Translations under genes and position numbers: made by a program
NCBI GenBank assembly: GCA_964016885.1
Contig: OZ024743.1
Location: 252,774,001 to 252,838,000, forward strand
Direction of reading: 5' to 3'
DNA: 64,000 nucleotides
Origin: Eledone cirrhosa
Taxonomy: Eukaryota
The notes under the pieces: model-generated
Database searches by the model: none
What the model saw: only the letters and a program-made list of their open reading frames with translations
What the model was told of the DNA's origin: nothing
Shown here: in pieces, positions 26,041-39,863 of the stretch
How positions within the stretch are numbered: position 1 is the first letter of the stretch
How the letters are laid out: every line of letters begins with the position of its first letter

Positions 26041-26575
26041 ATAATAGGGAATACGAAGAATCAGTGATGCATTGGAACACAATATATTACGTATTACAAT
26101 TATTTCTCGGCAAACAGCTCGAGGTGTGATCTATTTGTGGATCGAACCTGACTCTGGATTCGCAAGTTCCACAGATACGTCTAGTGATTTCGAAGCAAAT
26201 TCTCTTTCTTGTAGACTCAGACACTTCGAACCTTTATTATCTGCCATCATCCATTTTACGTGGCACTTAGATTGGTTGATAGTTTGTGACGTCATCATAG
26301 TGCTTGACCACTGAAATATGCCTACTGGCCATGTCCATTCAGGCGTGAGCTGCCACTCACCCCAATCCCATCGCCAAAGTTACTGCTGTGTGTAGGAGAG
26401 TTTTTATGAATTCCAATGCCAATCCCTTGCTTGCTTGACTCCCCATACATATACACCCATACGCATATGTGCTCACAACTAAATACAGGCATTCAGAGCC
26501 ATTAATCGTACACTTATCTGTGTGGACCTACACACACATAGAGCTTGCGTTCACACATGTACATACATATATATA
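26041..26575 (+). repeat. Left arm of ~540-bp diverged inverted repeat
   Basis: Reverse complement of ~28685-29235; ORFs 26072+ and 28996- both begin MEHNILRITI. Confidence 0.9.
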
Positions 26576-26588
26576 TTCATACACAGTT

Positions 26589-26693
<105 letters not shown>

Positions 26694-26906
26694 CATACAC
26701 ATATATATATATTTTTTATACACATGTGTACATAAAGTGCTTACATATGCATTCATTTAAGCCTACTCTTACACTCATACACACACACACACATATATAT
26801 ATATATGCACATATATACATATATATATGTGTGTGTATATATACATATATATATATGTGTGTGCATGCATGCACACACACACACACACGTGAGTGTACTT
26901 ATACAT

Positions 26907-26969
<63 letters not shown>

Positions 26970-26979
26970 CACACACCCC

Positions 26980-27290
26980 TTTAAATCGAGGATGTAGAAT
27001 CAGATGAACTCTTTCAAGGACCGGAGCAAGACATACTTCACTAGGCTGGTGAACCTAATATGTGATTTGAAGGACACCGGCACCGCGTATGATCTCAACT
27101 GAAGTATCGTTCAACGTGCCAGTGCATATTCGGCCAGCAAGAGGAAGTGCAGGCTATGCCTGTCAGAGGCCATAGGGATAGTGAGATTAAAGGATGATGC
27201 AGTCAACCTGAAATCGGAGATGATCATGACATGCAGGCACCAGCGAAGGTGCACACTCTCCGCATGGATACCCACGGATGTCCCCAACTA
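26980..27290 (+). mobile_element. Naiad-like Penelope GIY-YIG C-terminal fragment (pseudogenised)
   Basis: Hand translation [13 protein letters not shown]...YDLN*SIVQRASAY...CRLCLSE...VNLKSEMIMTCRH parallels the C-termini at ~42450 and ~59000. Confidence 0.8.
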
Positions 27291-28166
27291 AAGACACACG
27301 GGGAAGCGGACGTTAGTCTGGGTGGCGGCGCGGGTCCATGGGAACCGGCACCATACCTTCATGACTATGTATGCCCTGTGGGGTAGGTCGACACACTCAA
27401 TGCTGCCCATTTGACTCTGCACCTCATCTTAAACACCGCCGTCGCAGTAGCCAGAACAAGGCGGCTCAATTTCCTTGGGTTTAATCAATCCCGTATCATA
27501 CATCACTAAGGCACTGTATTTCAGCCAGAGTAACATACTCCATTATAAGCTGTTCTCCCGCACTCCCTACATATGTATTTTTTAAGTTGTGTGTGTTTTT
27601 TTTCTATGTATTCCATTATATAACACTTTATGTATTTTTTCATGTACAACCCCTTGTGTATTTTTCATATATTTCTTATATATTTTTATATTTTTTTATA
27701 TATTCTTTATGTATATTTTATATATGTTTTGGGTATACTCGTTACATTGTTCCTATGAGCTTCCCATATGTAATTTTGTTTAAGGTTTCTATATGTGGAT
27801 TAATTCACGTTAGCACCGTAATGCCAATTCAGACAACAGACTGTGTCTGCATATACGTATATACCGCTATGTGAGATGCTGCATGCATTCTCTGACGTAT
27901 CCCCCATATGTATTTTGTTTGTACTTTTCACGTATTTCCCCACGTAATATTATTTCCTTGTGCACTAAGCATCATGTGCTTGCTTGTGTGCAGTTTCCAA
28001 ATATTTTTATACAGTTTATTTTCATATATGTGCGTACGTGTGTGTATGTGTGTCTGGGAATGAGTGTATGGGTGTGTGTGTGTGTGCGTGTGTATGTATA
28101 AGTACACACATATATATGTGTGTGTGTGTGTGCGTGTGTGTGTGCGTGTGCATGCATGCACATATA

Positions 28167-28247
<81 letters not shown>

Positions 28248-28441
28248 GATCAGAGCAAACAGCACGGACACTCTATCTCAAAATTATTTTTGAAAAGCAT
28301 TTAGAAATGCGCAATTGGTAAAAACTTAAAAACTTAAAACCACAACTGAATACTAACCCATACAATCACTAATACTCTTTTATTCCTAATTAAACCATTT
28401 TTCAACTGTGAACAATTTGTCAGCATTTTCTATTCCGTTTA

Positions 28442-28529
<88 letters not shown>

Positions 28530-28684
28530 CATACATCTACATGTATATATATGTATATATGTGCGTATATATATATGTGTGTGCGTGTGACTGTGTATGC
28601 ATAGATATATGTATATACGTGGGTCTCTTATGTATATGTGTGGGCATATGTCTACGTACGAATGTATCTATATATGAGAGGTGA

Positions 28685-29233
28685 ATATATATATATGTAT
28701 GTACATGTGTTAACGCAAGCTCTATGTGTGTGTGTGTGTGTGTGTAGTTCCACACATATAAGTGTGCGATTAATGACTCGGGATGCCTGTATATAGTTGT
28801 GAGCACATATGCGTGTGGGTGTATATGTATGGGGAGTCAAGCAAGCAAGGGATTGGCAAGGGAATTCATAAAAACTCTACAACACACAGCAGTAACTTTG
28901 GCGATGGCATTGGGGTGAATACTAACTCACGCCTGAATGGAGATGGCCAGTGGGCAGATTTCTGTGGTCAAGCACTATGATGATGTCACAAACTATCAAC
29001 CAATCTTAGAGCCACGTAAACAGGATGATGGCAGATGATAAAGATTCGAAGGGTCGGAGTCCACCAGAAAGAGAATTTGCTTTGAAATCCCTAGACGTAT
29101 CTGAGGAATTTGCGAATCCAGAGTCAGGTTCGATCCACAGAATAGATCACACCTCGAGCTGTTTGCCGGAGAAACAATTGTAATACGTAATATATTGTGT
29201 TCCAATGCATGACTGATTCTTAATTTTCCATAT

Positions 29234-29235
<2 letters not shown>
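28685..29235 (-). repeat. Right arm of ~540-bp diverged inverted repeat
   Basis: Reverse complement of 26041-26575. Confidence 0.9.
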
Positions 29236-29267
<32 letters not shown>

Positions 29268-29999
29268 CAGGGGAGCTCTAATCATAGGAGTACACACACA
29301 AGCCAAAACCACTTGGCACTGCAGTTGGGATGTTACCAATCGCTATCTATCTATATATATATGTATAATTATAAATGGTATTCCAAAACGAATCAGAAGA
29401 AACTACAGTTAAATAATGTCCTTAATATGTTAGTAGAGAGAAAGTATAATGAAACAGTCCTAGACCTGCAGAAATATTATATATATATATAGAAACCCAG
29501 ATATATCGTCACTAGCTAATAGGATGTGAAATATTGTTTACTATTTAATTAAGTTGTCAACAGTTGTTAGACTTCAATTAAACCATTCGGTTACTTCATA
29601 CTAACAGAACCAGATTATTTGAAACACTTTTAAAATCAATACTTTTGGTATAATTCACATCAACGTTTCTCTTTTATGTATATATGTGTGTGTGCGTGCA
29701 TACGTGCGCGTGGGCGTGTGTGTGTGTTTTGTGTGTGTGTTTGTTGTATGTATGTGTGTGTTGTTTCATTTTGACATAACAATGCTTCCTCATCACAATA
29801 ATTCTATGTTATTTTCTAAGCTGGCATTGGTTTGATAGGTTTTCATGGTCCAAGACAAAACACAGTCAAATAATCACATCTTGCTAAATACATTCCATAT
29901 TTCTACTTTGTTTCTACTACTGGAGTCTCTTCGTAACACCAAGCACTTTACAGTCGTCTGGGGCATTTTATCTTGTATAAATTATAACCAATAAGGAAA

Positions 30000-30150
30000 C
30001 ATAGCCTGACTAAATGGTTAAGAAGTTTGTTGTACATTCATAAGGTTGTCGGTTTGATCCTACTGCTTGGCATCTTGGACAAGTCTCTTGATTCTAAAGA
30101 AGTCTTGTGAGCGGAATTTGGTGGATGGCAACTGTATGGAAGCCCAGCCA
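30000..30150 (+). mobile_element. Degenerate tRNA-derived SINE (family C)
   Basis: TGACTAAATGGTTAAGAAG (box A-like), GGTTTGATCC (box B-like), ATTTGGTGGATGGCAACTGTATGGAAGCCC tail. Confidence 0.6.
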
Positions 30151-31329
30151 TGTTTCAGTTTCTCACACTGAATCTACCTCAGAATTAGGTTAGGAGTACA
30201 TTTGTCTGTGGAATACTCAGCCAATTACAAGTTAATATAGATGCTCAGGCACGTCAAACAATCTCCCTAACGATTATGTTAAGATAACATGTGTCTATGG
30301 AACGGAATACTCAGTCACTAACATTATAATATAAGATAGTCTGCTTTTATAATTCAAAGGGCTTGTCTTGCTACACACCGTGACACTGAATCTCACTGAG
30401 AAGTATGCTTAGGTTATGCAATCTGTGGAATAATCAGCCAAAGTTGATCCATTGAACAAGAGACTGGTACACTCATTACCAAAACAAATGGAAGTCGATT
30501 ACATACTGTAACCAATTAATAAATATAAATTCTGCTAAGCCTTAAAAAATATGAAATCTGCAAATTTGCAGAGTTATTAGTCATTGAGTTAAAAAAGCCT
30601 CTGTATTTGTTCAGGCACAGCACTTTGAACCGAATCCCTGAGGTCAACTTTGCTTTTTTCACTTCTCTATAGTCAAATGTCTGTTTCAAGCCCTGAGTGT
30701 ACAATAGCAATATGAAAGTGTTTTAGTTAAGAACACAACACACAACTTAGTCAAAGAATCAAACTCACAACATTATGATTGCAAGTCCACCACCACTAAT
30801 CACTAACATCATTTTGGAGTTGATTCTTACTCTCTCTCTCTCTGTCTTTCCTTCTCCACCTTCTCTTGAGGAAACCAACTGTGTTCAGACCTGAAAAGAA
30901 ATTAGTTCTATTAGGTTTAAAACAGTATCTAAGACATGCCTTGTTTCATGCATTTTATCTAAACTTATCTAACTTAGCTGGATATCTGAAAAAGAATGAA
31001 ATATATATGACAGCAATTGAAATACCTATAAGGCATCATTTGGTAGTCTTTAATTCTGCTACTGGTTCCAGTCACTAGACAGTGACCATGCAGCAGCACT
31101 ACCTCGAAGGGTTATATCATTCATATCGAACCCAGTAACTTTTTTTCCAAGTCTGATACATATTTTCTCAATCTCTTCTTGTTGATTTGGTAAGTTACAG
31201 GATACAAATAAATAGTAAGTACAGACACACACACAAATATATACAAACAGAGATACATAAACATACCCACACACATATATGTATATAAGCACATACATGC
31301 ATATTTATATAAATATATACACACATATA

Positions 31330-31500
31330 TGTTGGGCTTCTACATAGTTTCCATCTAGTAGATTTCACTCATAAGGCATTTGTCAACTGAAAGCAAGGTT
31401 AGAAGACATATGCCTAATATAACACTGAGCGTGGCAGAAAGCTGAAACCATGTGGTTGCGAAGTGAACTTCGTAACCTCACATTTATGTCAGCACCTCAA
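31330..31500 (-). mobile_element. Degenerate tRNA-derived SINE (family C)
   Basis: GGGCTTCTACATAGTTTCCATCTA is the reverse complement of the tail at 30120-30145. Confidence 0.6.
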
Positions 31501-31543
31501 TATATTTATATACAAAAAAAAAAAATCAAATTAATAAATACAA

Positions 31544-31580
<37 letters not shown>

Positions 31581-32109
31581 AAACTAAAATGTAAATAATA
31601 TTGGCCTCAAAACATAAGAAAAATAAAATGAAATAATACATACAATGTTTTGAAGATGATAAATTATTTTAGAACACACTGATAAGGTAATGAATCGTAA
31701 CATGAAATATTAAGTAAGATCTATCTCACCTGATTCTCACTTTACTTGGACATATTTTATAAACTGTATATCAATTCCCTGGTGGTTTGCAAAAAATCGG
31801 TGAAATAAACATTGGAATTGTATCAAAATTATGTTTTCCAAATTTATCAAGCATTTTGCAGCCATAACACTGGCATCAAAATATCAGATTCTTTTCATAG
31901 TGATCTTGATTTTATTTAACTCTTTTGATACCACCCCACCTGAAAACATCTCTGGTTCTGTGACAAAACTGTCTATTTTAATGTGTTCATAGCTAAATTT
32001 AAACTTTCAATCAATTTTATGTTAGAATTTATTTTCTTTTTTGAACACCAACTTCATGGAAAAAGTAATTCTACTAAAACCTTTTCGAATTCTTGATTGT
32101 TAAAAAAAA

Positions 32110-32215
32110 TTATCGTATATACTTGAATATAAGTTGATCTGAATATAAGTCACCCCTGCTATTTTATGTCTGAGTAATGGGTAAAAATCCAAACCCCGTT
32201 TATAAGCCGAGGCAG
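32110..32215 (+). mobile_element. Possible Tc2/pogo-type DNA transposon terminus
   Basis: TATCGTATATACTTGAATATAAGTTGATCTGAATATAAGTC...TATAAGCCGAGG resembles TA-CCGTATATACTCGAGTATAAGCCGA termini. No partner end found. Confidence 0.4.
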
Positions 32216-32804
32216 TTAATCAACACATTGTGTTTAGAGGTAGTTTTGAAATTCTCATCAGTATAGAATATATTTATGAAGTCTTAATATTTTGATATTT
32301 AACATTTTTTAAGTATCGTTTAGAGTAGTTTCCATTTCACAACTCCATTACATAATGTTTTTTACCATTTCATCCATTTTATAGTTTCAAAAGGTTTCTC
32401 GGATTTATGTTTACTTCTGGCCACTCACATGCTGGGAGTAACTGAAAGCAAAATATTGAGTAAGAGAGCTTTATATAGGGATTCATAGAGGAGAAGTGGT
32501 AAGAGAGATATCAAGCAAGAGAGTGGAGGGGCAGAGTGAGGAAAATGGAGGGCAAGAATGAGAGAAAGAAGAGAGAGTGAGAGCAATAAAACACAAGTCA
32601 GAAGTAAGATTGAAAGACAAAGTATTAAATCAGAGAAAAATTGTTGGTGTGTATGTATGTGTGTGTGTGTGTGTGTGTGCTTGCATGCATGTGTATGTGT
32701 GTGCATGTCTGTGTATGATCACATGCATATATGTGTATGCAATATTTATGGATTAAAAAGTTCAATTACAAAACTTTGTTGGAAATATTTTCAAGAGAAT
32801 GCAT

Positions 32805-33250
32805 AAATCACCGACAACCTGGTGCAGTCTGCAACTAACCCAGGCTCTGCTACACTTTGGGCTGAGGAGGGTAAACTTTCCAAGTATCGGTAATTTTCCG
32901 ACAGGTTTGCAGTTGTGCCCCTAGCAGTGGAGACTTCAGGTGTCCTTGCTGCTAGGGATACCTCCCTACTCACCACCATAGGTGTTGAGTTGGCTAGCTG
33001 CAGGTGTGAACCTCATGAGATGGAATGGCTCTTCTAGCGCATCCCCCTCACCATCCTCCGGGGAAACACTTTCTCTATTCTGTCCACCCGGGCCATGGAT
33101 CAGCCAGCACTGGGACCCCATTTGCTCATAATATTAGGAGATGGGGAGGGCAAGAGAGATGGTGGCGATGACATTGGGAGTTTGACCCCTCTGTATTTGG
33201 ACCTGCTATATGTGTGTATGTTTACTTCTATTCATTCAATATGACAGTAT
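32805..33250 (+). mobile_element. CRE-clade non-LTR retrotransposon 3' fragment (restriction-like endonuclease C-terminus)
   Basis: Hand translation AEEGKLSKYR*FSDRFAVVPLAVETSG...WLF*RIPLTILRGNTFSIL matches the CRE motif AE..K..KY...F.P.AVET.G...QR.S.AI.RGN. Confidence 0.75.
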
Positions 33251-34614
33251 CTACGCTCCCTACTTGTTGAATTTGTATAGTAACAACAACAACAGCAGCA
33301 CCACGACAACAATAAGTTTTTGGTCACATATTTCTCAGCTTATATTCAAATATATATGGTAATTGGAATACATTCCATCTACTTTATGAAAAATTTGGTA
33401 ATGAAAAGTCTAATCAATAGTTTATTTAAAATAAGTTCTTGTGACTATTACAGAATGTCAGCCTCAAATCTGTTCTGAACACATTGCATGTTATATCTAA
33501 AAGGTGAGATCTGATAAAATAAATACCAGTAGTCTATGTGGGTTTGCTAAGTTAACCCCATTTTCTTCCAATAAACTCTCATACTTTTGTATTTTCCTAC
33601 TGTTTAATCAAAGAGGGCAGAACAGTATCTATGAACATTTTCAGGGCCTGTGATAGAGGTGGGGATGAAAGAAGATTGATATCCTAAAACTGGTGACCTA
33701 GTCTGAATACCTACAATAAAGTTGGCTCTGTTAAACACAATCAAAGACCAGGTGTTAAATTATGACTACCACTAAAGACGGCCACAGTGGGGTTTGAACT
33801 CAGAATGTAAAGAGCAAGAACATATGTTTTAAGAACTCAAAGCAATTTAACCACTCTGTCCTGCCTGTGTCCACCCTACAGTATGGATGATCAGACGGTT
33901 TAAATAAAAACATTCAATAGAAAAAGCTTACTCTATTGATGGAAAATCCTAAACCAGGACAGATTTTATGCAATATTATAGAAAGCTGCTATGACTATGG
34001 AAATATTAGCAATGTTGACAATATTATTTGCACCAACAAACATCATTATCATTGCATTAATAATTAGATTTTCATAAATAGTTTTACATTAATGTTAGAC
34101 CACGATATGCAGGCATTTGGGTATTTTTGGTAAATATTTATTTGAAAGTGTAAAAATATAAATATCATGTTTCTACACATATTTAAAAAAATATTTATTT
34201 ATAATCTATAAAAAATACTTTGTAAAATAAAATTATTCTTATCACGGAAGCCATGGCTCCAATTACACATAAACACTATATTAAAAGAATAGAACAAAAC
34301 AACACATCTTCATGAATTGATTTTGTTTTGTTTTACTTTGCAATTTGTCTAGGACAAATTGTTAATGACAATTTTCCAATTGACCAATGCCTAGCAAGGG
34401 AAATTTGGTAGCTGAAAACTGCAGAAATCTGTAGTGCATATATGTCTGTCCATCCTGTAACTTAATAGTTAAACAAAAAAGACATCAATAAATTAAGTAA
34501 CAGGTTTGAAAATAATCAGTAGTAGAATCGATAGCTGATTAAATCTCTTTTAGGTAGTATCTCAGTATGGCGGCAGCCTAATGTCTGAATACAAGAATAT
34601 AATAAAATAAAGAC

Positions 34615-35070
34615 TAATCATTGTAATAGGTCAACGAAACCTTTATTAGTCGCAGCAGGTTTCCAGTTAACCAATCGTTTCAAGTGGTCAAGGGACCTAT
34701 CATTGTAATTGGTCAAACATACCATTGTTGGTGGCAGCAGGGTTTCAGTTGACCAATTGTTGCAAGTGCTTAAGGGACCTGTCATTGTAATTGGTTAAAG
34801 ATAACTTTGTTAGTGGCAGTAGGTTTCCAGTTGACCAATCGTTGCAAGTGGTCAAGGGACCTGTCATTGTAATTGGTCAAAGATACCTTTGTTGGTGGCA
34901 GCAAGTTTCCAGTTGCAACTAGTCAACAAACCTGTCATTATAATTGGCCAATGATACCTTTGATGTAGGTAGCAGGTTTTCAAGAAACCAATCATGTGTC
35001 AACAGATCTACCATTGTTATTGGTCAATAATAATTATGTTGGTGGCTGTAGTTTTCTAAATAAGCAATCA
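34615..35070. repeat. ~82-bp tandem repeat, about 6 copies
   Basis: CATTGTAATTGGTCAA recurs at ~34620, 34701, 34783, 34865, 34936 and 35012. Confidence 0.9.
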
Positions 35071-35319
35071 CTGCAATGATCAAATTCATTTATGATTTTG
35101 TAAGTGACAGTCAGGTATCTCTAACTCCAGGCAGAACAAATGCCAAATATTGAAAGAGAAGTTCTTAGACTTAGTTGCTTAGAACCTCTTATCTCACAAT
35201 TATCCTCTTCATTTATTTCCTCCTCTCTTTAATTCCTTGAGTTCCACACCAAAGATTTACATTAATCCTTTGTTATCCCAGTACTATTACTATATCATAT
35301 ACAATTGAACACAAGTAAT

Positions 35320-35740
35320 GTGGGCCCACAATAAGATGCACCTAGTCCACTATGTAAAGTTGTTGTGCTGGTACCATCACATAATATACCTACTACATGC
35401 TATAAAGTGGTAGTACTGGTGCCATGATAAAATACACCCAGTTCACAGGGTAAAGTGGTTGTACCAATGTCATGATAAAATGCAGTCATTACACACTGAA
35501 AAGTGGTTGTGATAGTGCCAAGCTAAAATGCACTGTAAAGTGTTTGTGTTGGTCTCATAATATAACGCACCCAATTCATGTGTAAAGTGGTTGACATTAG
35601 GATGGGCATCGATATGAGGAAGACAAGGTTAAATGACATGTCTTGCCTCAGAATGGGAAGACCAGTCTGACACATATCAGCATGGAAGACAGGCATAAAA
35701 CTGTGATGGTGGTGGTGATTATGATGATGTTGATGATAAT
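35320..35740 (+). mobile_element. Old RTE 3' end with ~6 tandem UTR units
   Basis: Repeated ...CACACTGTAAAGTGGTT..., then GACATTAGGATGGGCATC and a CAGCATGGAAGACAGGCATAAAACTGTGATG tail. Confidence 0.7.
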
Positions 35741-36989
35741 GAATGTGTATAATTTGTTTTCTTTTCATACATGGGTTCGATAATGTTCTTCTCTGTTATA
35801 TATCTTTCCATGAAATATCTTTCTACACTTATTGAATCCCAGTGTAATTGTGTTTAGACTTGATAAAACTATAATAAATACATTTATCAAAAATTTCTGA
35901 TTTGCTGTTTACCAAAATAAACAAAGCCCCTGAAAAATAAACCCAACAAAAATATAACAAATGATATAATTAAAATGAAAGGGTCCCTTAGGGATCTTAC
36001 ACATAAACACACACAGAACTATTTCTCCCATATGGTGTACATGTTATTGTATTTCACAATGATTGAATTACGTAATACTTAGTTGCTGCTGCAACACGCC
36101 ATTCAATTAATTTACTCTTAGCTTTTAGACATATTGTGTTCATGGCTGCAATTATTGATATAAATTATTTGCAAAACTGGAGATGTTTTATTTTTTATTC
36201 TCTTCATTATTTCTGATATCCTTTCCAAGAATTTACTCACAATAATAATCAGGAATACAATTTAATATGTTTGCCTTCCTATAGATTTCAATTCTTGTTT
36301 CTATTTGTTTAATATTGTTTTTCTCATGAGAGCTTGGTTGATTTTAATACGTGCCTGTTTGGTTAATTGGGTGGGTGGTTTTCTGATAACAGATGAAGCT
36401 TATCTTATTTTCTATTTAATGTCCATTTTTCCATACTAGTATGGGTCATCACAGACAAAATAAGTACTTAATCAGAGCCATTGACCTCTCAAACTGAACT
36501 GCTCTGCACTTTACAGAATGTAATGTGTGCATTTTATCATGGCACAAGCTTTAGCGAGGTTGTCATGCCCTAGACACAAATAAAAAGCCCTCTCAACCCT
36601 TTATATAGCAAGTTGTCAGTGTGTGTATGGTAAGCAATGTTATTTTTACTTGTTCCAAACCTTTTGTGTGGTACAATAATGCAATAGCTGCATATCCATG
36701 TATCTGTGAATTTTAGAAGGAACTTTGAGGCTAAAATTGGGTAAAGTTTTGCTATATACAATTAGATATTCAAATCATTCTTTAAGCAAATATCTGCTAC
36801 AACAAGCATTTTAACACCATTTTCTCTCCTAATATAACTAATTTTGGTAAATTCATGTAAGACAGTCAACCTTTCCATGCATCGTGATGTTGCTAAACTA
36901 CAATTTCCCCTATCCTTTTAAACAGACTCAGAAGAGTAACATATATAAACTCACAGAAGAAAACCTGTGATGAAATATACAATGCCACT

Positions 36990-37500
36990 AAGGATGTTGT
37001 GGGCACAGTTTCTTTCAAATCTTGGGACTGGTTCAGAGAAAATGACCAAGCAATAAGTGCTATTCTTGCCATGAAGAATAATATAAGTAACTGTCTCTTA
37101 CAGAAAAAGCTATCAGAACTGCAGAGAAAACAACTAAAGAATGTGTTTAAACAAACTAAGACTGATGCAATTAATACACCATCCTCCCTGGAAGAGGTGC
37201 ATAAGCTAAATCTTGGAAAATCAGTTGGTCAAGACAGTCTCTTTGCTGAGATCTTTCTGCTCGGAGGAGACTACTAGTCTGATATAACTCATGGTGTCAT
37301 TTTGGATTTCTGGATGGCTGGGGAGGTTCGAAAGGGAGATGCTATAATGATTGCTCTGTACAAGGGCAAAGGTGCTTATGAACTGCAGAAGCTACAGAGG
37401 TATAGCTCGTTTATGCACAGCTAGAAAGATTTTGTCTCGTGTAATGCTGTCCAGACTGAACTCCCATATCTCTACAAGGGTTCTACCAGAATTGCACTGT
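36990..37500 (+). pseudogene. Decayed BovB/RTE-like RT N-terminal fragment
   Basis: GKSVGQDSLFAEIF and NCRSYRGIARLCTARKILSRVMLSRL...VLPE. Confidence 0.7.
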
Positions 37501-37742
37501 AGATATATAGTTATGTGTGAGTGGGTGTGCGTTGGTGTAAGTGTATGTAAGTGTGTCTGTATATACACAAATTGTTATTTCTTCATTCATAAGTTAGAAA
37601 ATTCTACAGAGAAAATCTGAATAGTGGGAGAAACAATTAATATATATGTATATATATGTAGCAAAAACATCCTTGGGAAGGAAAAATACACAGAACTCTA
37701 TCTAGTTCTAAAGAACTAAGTTTTGTGCATGTGTATGTATGC

Positions 37743-37897
<155 letters not shown>

Positions 37898-38462
37898 CAC
37901 ACAGAGAGAGAGAAAGAATTTATACTGTATATATACATGTGTATGTGTACGTATATGTGGGTGTGTGGAGGAAGGATAGAGGTATGGAAAAAATAAATGA
38001 TTTTGGCTTCAAATCTAAGATCTGTCATATAGGGGAGATTTCATTTCAATAAAAATAAATGATATGTTATAATGTATCCTAAAAATGTTATCAATTTCAC
38101 CATCTGTTTGACCTTTCCAATGATACAATATTTGAATTGAAATAGTCAGCTAATTAACAGGATAGAAGCATGCTTGGTAAGGCCTCTACACTAAGCAGCA
38201 AACTCATTTGGTCTCTGTATATGTGTGTCAGTGTGTTTGTATGTGTATCAATGTAACTTTATACAATTATATATATATATTTTATTGTCTTTATGTATGC
38301 ACACTTACATACAACATTTTAGTGAGTTTTAGTGTTACTGTGCTTGTGCTAGTAAGTGAGATTTGATGTGGGTGAGTGTGTATGCCTGATTGTATATATG
38401 CCTGTCTGGGGATTTTGTACGTGCACAGGTGAAACTCCAGAGTAACAAGACTCACCACTTAG

Positions 38463-38520
<58 letters not shown>

Positions 38521-38531
38521 GGAGAGATAAA

Positions 38532-38826
38532 ATGTAAAGTCCCCCTTCAATCATGAATGACCATGTGATTTGCCCATAGAAAGTTCCTCTTCAAGCCACA
38601 AGTCTGGGCAAAGTTGTTTGTTGAAGACCAGCAGTTACCAATGCATGCCACCGTTGTTTTCCAAGTGAAAGGCAATGGCTGATACAGCTTGGCACCATTG
38701 CAACTCATTTCTACAATGGGAAATAAAATGCCTTGCTCAAGAATACGACACAGAGCCCAGTCAAAGAATAAAACCCACAACCTCACAATTGTAAGTTCAA
38801 TGCTCTAACCACTAAGCTAAGTGCCA
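38532..38826 (-). mobile_element. tRNA/CORE-type SINE (family B), near full length
   Basis: Box A-like (reverse complement of CTAACCACTAAGCTA), CORE-like ATGCCTTGCTCAAGAATAC, and a 3' part ending at GTAAAGTCCCCCTT. Confidence 0.72.
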
Positions 38827-38852
38827 TTACACATATATATACATACATACAT

Positions 38853-38900
<48 letters not shown>

Positions 38901-39677
38901 CACTATCATCGTCATTATTTTAATGTCTGCCTTCCCTTCTAGTAAGGGTTGGACAGGTCTACATAAATCAAATCAGTAATGAAGTGGGGCCACTGATCTG
39001 AACAGATCTGGTATCTTCATCTTGATTATGTATGGTTTCATCTTCTACCAAGTACGCAGGAGAGGTTGTCATGTCTCTGACACAACTAAGGATCCTCCCA
39101 ATCCTTTATTTGGTAATTTTTCTATGGATAGATACCCTTCAACCACATTTGTGCTATTCACCCAGAAGAATTTGTACTGGTGACCGTTGCCTGTGATGAA
39201 TCTAGCTGAAGCACCCCTCCATCTCAAGTCTTGCACATAACACATCTACTTCTCTCCTCTCTAAGATCTCCACAATACCTGCACATACCTCTCATTGGTT
39301 CGACATTTAATGTGTCAAATCTGAGATCCCAAACTTGATGGGGAGGAGGCTGCATGGCTGTCCTTCTCTTTTATTGTATTTTATGGGTAGGAGGGCTTCA
39401 TGACTATTTGGTGATATTCAGGCGACTAATAGGCATGTCGGATTCTTTCATGATTTATACTCAATTATTGTTTGGCGCTCAGATGTTTTGGTCCTCACCA
39501 GGACCAGTGCCAATAGTAGCCACAACCCGTCACTAAACATACGATAAGTATGTTTAAGTACAAATAACAATATTTTCGCAGTACGAAGTCTGTGTTTTAC
39601 TAGTAACAGTCTTAGCATTAATAACAATTTAAGCTATGCATAGGACAATTATTAGTGAATTTTAGTTACCATAATAA

Positions 39678-39863
39678 TTATTTCTACATTTGGCACAAGG
39701 CCAGCAATTACCCAGTGTATTACTGGTACTTTATTTTATCGACCCCGTAAGGATGAAAGGCAAAGTTAACCTCGACGGGATTTGAACCCAGACCGTAGAG
39801 GACCGTAACTCTATGCTGCAAAGCATGGTGTTCGACTCTACCGATACTGCCAATCTACCGCCC
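39678..39863 (-). mobile_element. SINE family A with ~17-bp target-site duplication
   Basis: Boxes A and B present; flanks TTTAGTTACCATAATAA and TTTAGGTACCATAACAA. Confidence 0.9.

Noticed and set aside
27099-27103. In-frame TGA at the same conserved Trp in two Naiad-like fragments (here and ~42598), suggesting selenocysteine recoding as reported for some Naiads
   Set aside because: The position is Trp (TGG in the 59 kb copy), not Cys. TGG to TGA is a single transition, both copies have other stops or frameshifts, and no SECIS was identified.
39475-39512. TGGTCCT-CACC-AGGACCA hairpin resembling an HHR stem II
   Set aside because: Both conserved boxes are missing or altered; cannot be supported.
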